From Candidatus Oxydemutator sp. (GTDB lineage Bacteria; Pseudomonadota; Gammaproteobacteria; Poriferisulfidales; Oxydemutatoraceae), in assembly GCA_965203445.1 (NCBI GenBank), contig OZ241883.1, forward strand, positions 1,536,001-1,600,000: a stretch of 64,000 nucleotides of DNA, written 5' to 3'. A model generated the notes under the pieces. That model saw only the letters and a list, made by a program, of their open reading frames with translations, did not search any database and was not told the origin of the DNA. How positions within the stretch are numbered: the stretch's first letter is position 1; each line of letters opens with the position of its first letter. The position numbers and the translations under genes were made by a program. Shown piece after piece: positions 59,071-64,000 of the stretch.

Positions 59071-62000
59071 ATGAAATCAGCAGCGAGATTTATCGCTACC
59101 GCGCTCCTCGCGTGCGTGGCGAACTCTGCCCACGCCATTCTTCAGGCTACCGTTTCCGTGGAAAATGAACGCGTCGAAGACACCGAGTTCTACGTCTTCG
59201 ACGTTTATCTCGAATCGAGCAGCAATGACGTGCTGTCGAACACAAACCCCGAGACGACGATACGTCTCGACACGCTGCAACTCCTTTTCAACTTCAGTAG
59301 CAATACCGCGGTAACCGTAACCGGCGCTGACATAACTTCCTACTTTGACTGGTCCGCGTACGGCAACGCGAGCGGCACCGTCACGGGCGTGCAATACATA
59401 CTGCGCGATTACCAGGCCGCGGGCGCCGCCACGACCGCGCTGAATCCGCGCATAGTGATAGACGCGTGGGAACTGGAAGACGCCACCGCCACCGACCTGT
59501 TCCAGCTTGCGCACGGCAGCGACGGCAAGACGCGGCTTTTCACCGTGCGCCTGCCGATTGCCGACCGCGACCGCCTGCCCGGCATGGAGATCGATATGCG
59601 ATCTACGATACTGCGCAGCAGCCAGAGCGAGATCCAGGAGCGGGCCATGTCGGTTGTCAGCGACGGCGCGGGCGGTTACCGCGCCGGTAGTTTGACGCAA
59701 AGGCCCCGTCCGATTCAGAGCCTGCGCCCGATGGCGACGATAACGGCGCGGACGCCGGTCGCCGCCGAAGGCACGAGCATCGCGTTCGACGTGCAGGCGC
59801 CCGGTGTCACCACCGGCACCTACGTCTTTTATCGGGTAAGCGGTTTCGGGGATGAGCCGGCGGACAACGATGATTTCCAGGGTCAGACTTCCCTGCCGTT
59901 CATGGGCACGTTGGCACTGCGCGAAGGCTCGACGCGCGGCGTGATCAACGTGTCCTTTAACGACGACGTGGACTCGGAACCGGAAGAGGGTTTTGTCGTG
60001 ACGCTGTTGACGTTGCAGACGTCGGCGTCGGAGAGCGCCGCCGTTCCTCTGGCCGTGCAATCCTCGGCTTCTGCGGCTATCGCGCCGAGTGATCCGCAGT
60101 TGGATCTGGCCCCGGTGCAGGCGACCTCCAGAGGACAGCCCGTCGTTTTCACCGTCAATTTGTCGCGTCCTTCCGACGGGCAGGTGCGATTTACGTGGGA
60201 GATTTCTGATGGCGGTAGCGGGTCTAATCCCGACCGGGTGGAACCGGGTGATTTTGACTATGACGAAGATAGGTCGCCGGACGCCGCTTTTCCCACGAGT
60301 CGTACGACGGTTCCGTTCGGCCAGAACAGTATCACTATAAGCGTCGCTACCTACGACGATCCCGATAATATAGAAGTGGCGGAGCAGTACTACGTGTCAA
60401 TTACCGCGTCGGCTGCCGCGACAATCGGGGTTTCTGACGGCGAGCAAGACCTTATTGACGTTTCCGTTCCGGTGGTCTCCATCAGAGGTCCTCTAGATGC
60501 GGTGTCCGAGGCGAGTAGTGCGTCGGCGGGTTTTGTTGTCGCACCCACCCCGCCGGGAGATGTAACCGTCTACTATAGAGTCGCCGGCGTGGGAGATACC
60601 ACCGGCACCGACGTTGAGAGTGCTGATTTGCGGCCTGCCGACAGAAACTGCTTTGGCGCGACGGCGAGGTGCCAGGCAGCGGTAAGAGACGGAAGTGATA
60701 CCACTTTGCTAGGGTTCGAGAATGACGACCTGGTGGAGCCGAGGGAAAGTTTCCGGATAATTCTTTTGTCCGGCGACGGCTATGCATTGGGCGCCGTCAC
60801 CAGTGCCGTGGGCAGCGTCGAGGCGAGCGACCGCGCGTTGACCATAGCGGCGTCGGATGCGACGTCCGCCGACGAGGGAGAAGCGCTGGAATTCACCATC
60901 GGGCTGACGGCGCAATCGGTCACGCTGACGGAGGCGATGCAGGTGTCGTACCGGGTTACCGGCACGGACGTCACTGCCGAAGACTTCGAAGGCGCGCTTG
61001 AGGGCATGGTTATGCTGGCCGCAGGCGAGAGAAGCACGACGTTTTCGGTAACCTTGCGCGCCGACGACTACGGGGAGGGGGTGGAAAGCTTCCGCGTAGA
61101 AGTCACGGAAGCGACCGGCGGTGGCGGCGACCACACCAACAATCTGCCGGTCGCGCCGGCGACGGCCGAGATCAACGCCGAAACCCGGTTGATAGCGAGG
61201 GCGATTGTGCACCATCGGAACCAGCACGCCTATTACCGGATGGGCGAATTCAGCATCGCCGAATCCAGCACCGACACCATTGGTATCGGTGTGGAACTGG
61301 TGGATACCAACGGCACCCCTATGGATCCGTCAGAGTCGGTTACGGTGCGCTACAGGCTGTCCGGATCGGCCACTGACGGGGAGGATTACACGAGGTCGGG
61401 TTCGGGGAACACGTTCACGGTCGGCACCGACAACAGCACTGCGACCGTCATAATCACGCTGATTGACAACAAGCTGAACGAGTCCGACGAAGACGTCGCG
61501 ATAGAGCTGCTCGCGATCACCGCGGGCACCGAGACGGCCGTATTGGCCGCCGCGGCCTCGTCCAGGAGCACCGCGTTCACGATCAACGACGACGACGAGT
61601 TGGAAGTCTCGATTGCGCGCAGCGACTCGGGCGATCTGGTCGAGGGTGCGCCGACGGCGGGCGGGCGCACGGCCGAGTTCGTCGTAACCGCGAACTCGAC
61701 CGCCACGGCGACGCTGACGATCCCGTTTACGGTGAGCGGAGGGGACGCCGGCGACTACACGCTGACGCCTTCGACGGCGGTGGAAATAGTGGAAGATGAG
61801 ACCACCGCTACGATCACGCTCGAGGTGGTGGACGACGCGCTCAACGAGGGCGCGGAGACGCTGACCGTCGGGCTGGTCGAGGTGCGGGGAGCGCTCGGCG
61901 CGGCCTCGGTGTCGGCGGACGAGGGTTCGGCGTCGGCGACGATAGCCGCGAACGACGAGATCACGGTGTCGTTGTCGGATCTTGTGTCCGGCGGTGCGGA

Positions 62001-64000
62001 AGGCACGACCGCGCGGTTCGCGGTGTCGCTTGCGGGCGGCGAGGCGACCGAGGAGACCGTGGTGCCGTGGCAAGTCGTGTCGGGTACCGTCGGCGGTGCT
62101 TCCGCCGCTGATTTTGCGGTCGGTGCCGGCGAGTTGCGCTTTGCGGTGGGTGTCACGCGGCAGAACATAGATTTGTGGATAGTTGACGACGAGTCGTACA
62201 TGGAGCCCGACGAGTCGTACATGGTGAGAATCAATCAGCCGACGGGCGGCGGCAGCGGTTCCGTGACTTTGGGCACCCCCTCCACGGTGACGGCGGTGAT
62301 TCCTGCCGATCTTCCGGTGGTCTCGATAGAGAGCGTCGTAGCGGACGTCGCGGAAGGCGATGCCGTGGCGATGACGTTGACCGCCACGTTTGTGACGATG
62401 AATATGAGCGTCAACTACCGGGTGGTTTCCCCGACCGCCGGCGTCGGCATAGACTCCGGTGACCTGGCGGCGGGCGCGCAAGGCGCGGACTGTTTCGGCG
62501 CCACGGCGACGTGCGAGACGTCCGTCGGCGCGAGCACGAATATTCTGACCACGGTCAACGACGCCGCCGTCGAGCCGTCGGAGGGTTTCCGGGTGGTATT
62601 GCTGCCGGGCGACGGTTATGAATTGGGTGAGCCGAGCAACGCGGTGGGCAGCGTCGAGGCGAGCGACCGCGAGTTGACGATAGCGGCGTCGTCTGCGTCC
62701 GCCGACGAGGGGGAGACGCTGGACTTCACCGTCGGGCTGACGGCGCAATCGGTAGGGTTGACGGAGGCGATGCAGGTATCGTACCGGGTTACCGGCACGG
62801 ACGTCACTGCCGAAGACTTTGAGGGCGCGCTTGAGGGCATGGTTACGCTGGCCGCAAGCGAGAGAAGCACGATGTTTACGATAACCTTGCGCGCCGACGG
62901 CATGGAGGAGACTGCGGCGGAGAGCTTCCGCGTAGAGATCACCACGGCGACCGGCGGTGGCGGCGACCACACCAACAACCTGCCGGCCGCGCCGGCGACG
63001 GCCGAGATCAACGCCGACAACCGACTGATAGCGAGGGCGTTTGTTTACCGGCAGGGCATGTTTTACCAGGTGGTGGACAGAGGTCTTGCCGTCAACGAAA
63101 ACGAGGGTCAGGGCACCGGTGTCGTTCAAATCGGTGTGGAGCTGGTGAATGTCAGCGGCACCAAGACGAATCCGCGAGAGTCGGTTACGGTGAGCTACAG
63201 GCTGTCCGGATCGGCCGACGGCGCGGACTATACGAGATCGGATTCGGGGAACACGCTCACGGTCGGCACCAACACCAGCACCAGAACCGCCACCATCACG
63301 CTGGTTGACGACAATCTGAACGAGTCCGCCGAAGACGTCGTGATAGAGCTGCTTGCGATCACCGCGGGCAACGACGCGGCCATATTGGCCTCCGAGGCCT
63401 CGTCCAGGAGCATCGGGTTCACGATCAACGACAACGATCCGGCCACCTACGCGATCACGGCCGACAAGGACAGCGTGTCCGAGGGCGACGATCCAGGCTA
63501 CCGGGTTACTTTGGACCGGCTGTCCGCGGGCGACATCACGGTGTCGTACACGGTAAGCGGGATCGGCGCCGACGGTTACTCGGCGGGCACCGAGACGACC
63601 GTGTTGAGTGGCGAGACCAGCGCCGCCATTGCGCTGACGATAGTGGACGACGACGTCAACGAGGCGACGCAGACGCTGGTTGTAACCATAGGCGACATGC
63701 CGCGGATCGGCGCGGGCGCGGGCGAGGCGTTGCGCGCCGCCGACAGTTCGCGGCAGTCGGTCGAGATAGCGCGGAGCGATCCGCTGACCTACGCGGTCGA
63801 GTCGCTGACGCCGAACGTGTCCCAAGAACCCGGGACTGCGCGCTTTCGTCTTACGCTGACGGGTGGCGTTGCCGGCGCGCGGACAACGGTGACGTACACG
63901 CTTTCGATATCCGCGAGCAACGCCGGCGGCGAGACCGCGGATTTCAGCGATAACGACGACGGCAATTTCGTCTTCGTCGCCGGCAGCACCCGCGCCGAGA
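59071..64000 (+). CDS. Giant secreted Calx-beta repeat surface protein/adhesin with a cohesin-like N-terminal domain (3' end beyond the window)
   Basis: Missing from the ORF track because it has no stop. Frame 1 was read manually and is open to 64000 (>1640 codons). Signal peptide MKSAARFIATALLACVANSAHA; repeated DD...E..E.F.V.L motifs (NDDVDSEPEEGF, NDDLVEPRESF, DDALNEGAETL, DDNLNESAED); alternative in-frame ATG at 59056. Confidence 0.9.
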   Translation, partial: MKSAARFIATALLACVANSAHAILQATVSVENERVEDTEFYVFDVYLESSSNDVLSNTNPETTIRLDTLQLLFNFSSNTAVTVTGADITSYFDWSAYGNASGTVTGVQYILRDYQAAGAATTALNPRIVIDAWELEDATATDLFQLAHGSDGKTRLFTVRLPIADRDRLPGMEIDMRSTILRSSQSEIQERAMSVVSDGAGGYRAGSLTQRPRPIQSLRPMATITARTPVAAEGTSIAFDVQAPGVTTGTYVFYRVSGFGDEPADNDDFQGQTSLPFMGTLALREGSTRGVINVSFNDDVDSEPEEGFVVTLLTLQTSASESAAVPLAVQSSASAAIAPSDPQLDLAPVQATSRGQPVVFTVNLSRPSDGQVRFTWEISDGGSGSNPDRVEPGDFDYDEDRSPDAAFPTSRTTVPFGQNSITISVATYDDPDNIEVAEQYYVSITASAAATIGVSDGEQDLIDVSVPVVSIRGPLDAVSEASSASAGFVVAPTPPGDVTVYYRVAGVGDTTGTDVESADLRPADRNCFGATARCQAAVRDGSDTTLLGFENDDLVEPRESFRIILLSGDGYALGAVTSAVGSVEASDRALTIAASDATSADEGEALEFTIGLTAQSVTLTEAMQVSYRVTGTDVTAEDFEGALEGMVMLAAGERSTTFSVTLRADDYGEGVESFRVEVTEATGGGGDHTNNLPVAPATAEINAETRLIARAIVHHRNQHAYYRMGEFSIAESSTDTIGIGVELVDTNGTPMDPSESVTVRYRLSGSATDGEDYTRSGSGNTFTVGTDNSTATVIITLIDNKLNESDEDVAIELLAITAGTETAVLAAAASSRSTAFTINDDDELEVSIARSDSGDLVEGAPTAGGRTAEFVVTANSTATATLTIPFTVSGGDAGDYTLTPSTAVEIVEDETTATITLEVVDDALNEGAETLTVGLVEVRGALGAASVSADEGSASATIAANDEITVSLSDLVSGGAEGTTARFAVSLAGGEATEETVVPWQVVSGTVGGASAADFAVGAGELRFAVGVTRQNIDLWIVDDESYMEPDESYMVRINQPTGGGSGSVTLGTPSTVTAVIPADLPVVSIESVVADVAEGDAVAMTLTATFVTMNMSVNYRVVSPTAGVGIDSGDLAAGAQGADCFGATATCETSVGASTNILTTVNDAAVEPSEGFRVVLLPGDGYELGEPSNAVGSVEASDRELTIAASSASADEGETLDFTVGLTAQSVGLTEAMQVSYRVTGTDVTAEDFEGALEGMVTLAASERSTMFTITLRADGMEETAAESFRVEITTATGGGGDHTNNLPAAPATAEINADNRLIARAFVYRQGMFYQVVDRGLAVNENEGQGTGVVQIGVELVNVSGTKTNPRESVTVSYRLSGSADGADYTRSDSGNTLTVGTNTSTRTATITLVDDNLNESAEDVVIELLAITAGNDAAILASEASSRSIGFTINDNDPATYAITADKDSVSEGDDPGYRVTLDRLSAGDITVSYTVSGIGADGYSAGTETTVLSGETSAAIALTIVDDDVNEATQTLVVTIGDMPRIGAGAGEALRAADSSRQSVEIARSDPLTYAVESLTPNVSQEPGTARFRLTLTGGVAGARTTVTYTLSISASNAGGETADFSDNDDGNFVFVAGSTRAE
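60770..63435 (+). repeat. Internal long direct duplication in the giant gene (~60770-61590 vs ~62606-63435)
   Basis: Near-identical DNA, e.g. GTGGGCAGCGTCGAGGCGAGCGACCGCG at 60808 and 62644; GCGACCGGCGGTGGCGGCGACCACACCAAC in both copies. Confidence 0.9.

Noticed and set aside
62188-62224. 16-bp direct repeat GACGAGTCGTACATGG in the adhesin gene
   Set aside because: It is a small in-frame local duplication within a Calx-beta acidic motif, with no sign of separate function.

Overview
High-GC bacterial chromosomal window. The gene order (pcnB-folK-dgk-panB-panC, algZ/fimS-algR-hemC-hemD, argH, lptM-lysA) indicates a Gammaproteobacterium. The secreted ankyrin, DUF1640-like and Calx-beta proteins are compatible with a marine host-associated lifestyle (inference only). 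Bases 1-19.9 kb form a periplasmic alcohol-oxidation island: a PQQ dehydrogenase carrying the extra Asp of lanthanide-dependent enzymes, two cytochromes c, a probable SoxYZ-like carrier, a Tat-signal deacetylase, ankyrin/OFA-MFS/ALDH/acs, a Ped-type ABC system, and an ExbB/MotA-like three-gene module with a lipoprotein and DsbC. Core genes follow: pgi, ppc, znuACB, thpR, ilvB, a ThDP enzyme plus ALDH pair, pantothenate/folate genes, an Mrp-type antiporter operon, hemCD, argH, soxYZ, lysA and panD. There are two very large secreted proteins. One is a 1379-aa S1 protease ending in a dockerin-like module. The other is a Calx-beta repeat protein of more than 1640 aa, open to the window end and absent from the ORF track, that begins with a cohesin-like domain. 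An IS-truncated remnant of a second dockerin-like C-terminus lies at 27.0-27.2 kb. A composite REP/BoxC-like repeat and two solo IS3-family ends are dispersed through the window. No rRNA, tRNA, CRISPR array or intact transposase was seen. All family calls come from motif recognition by eye; no database was searched.
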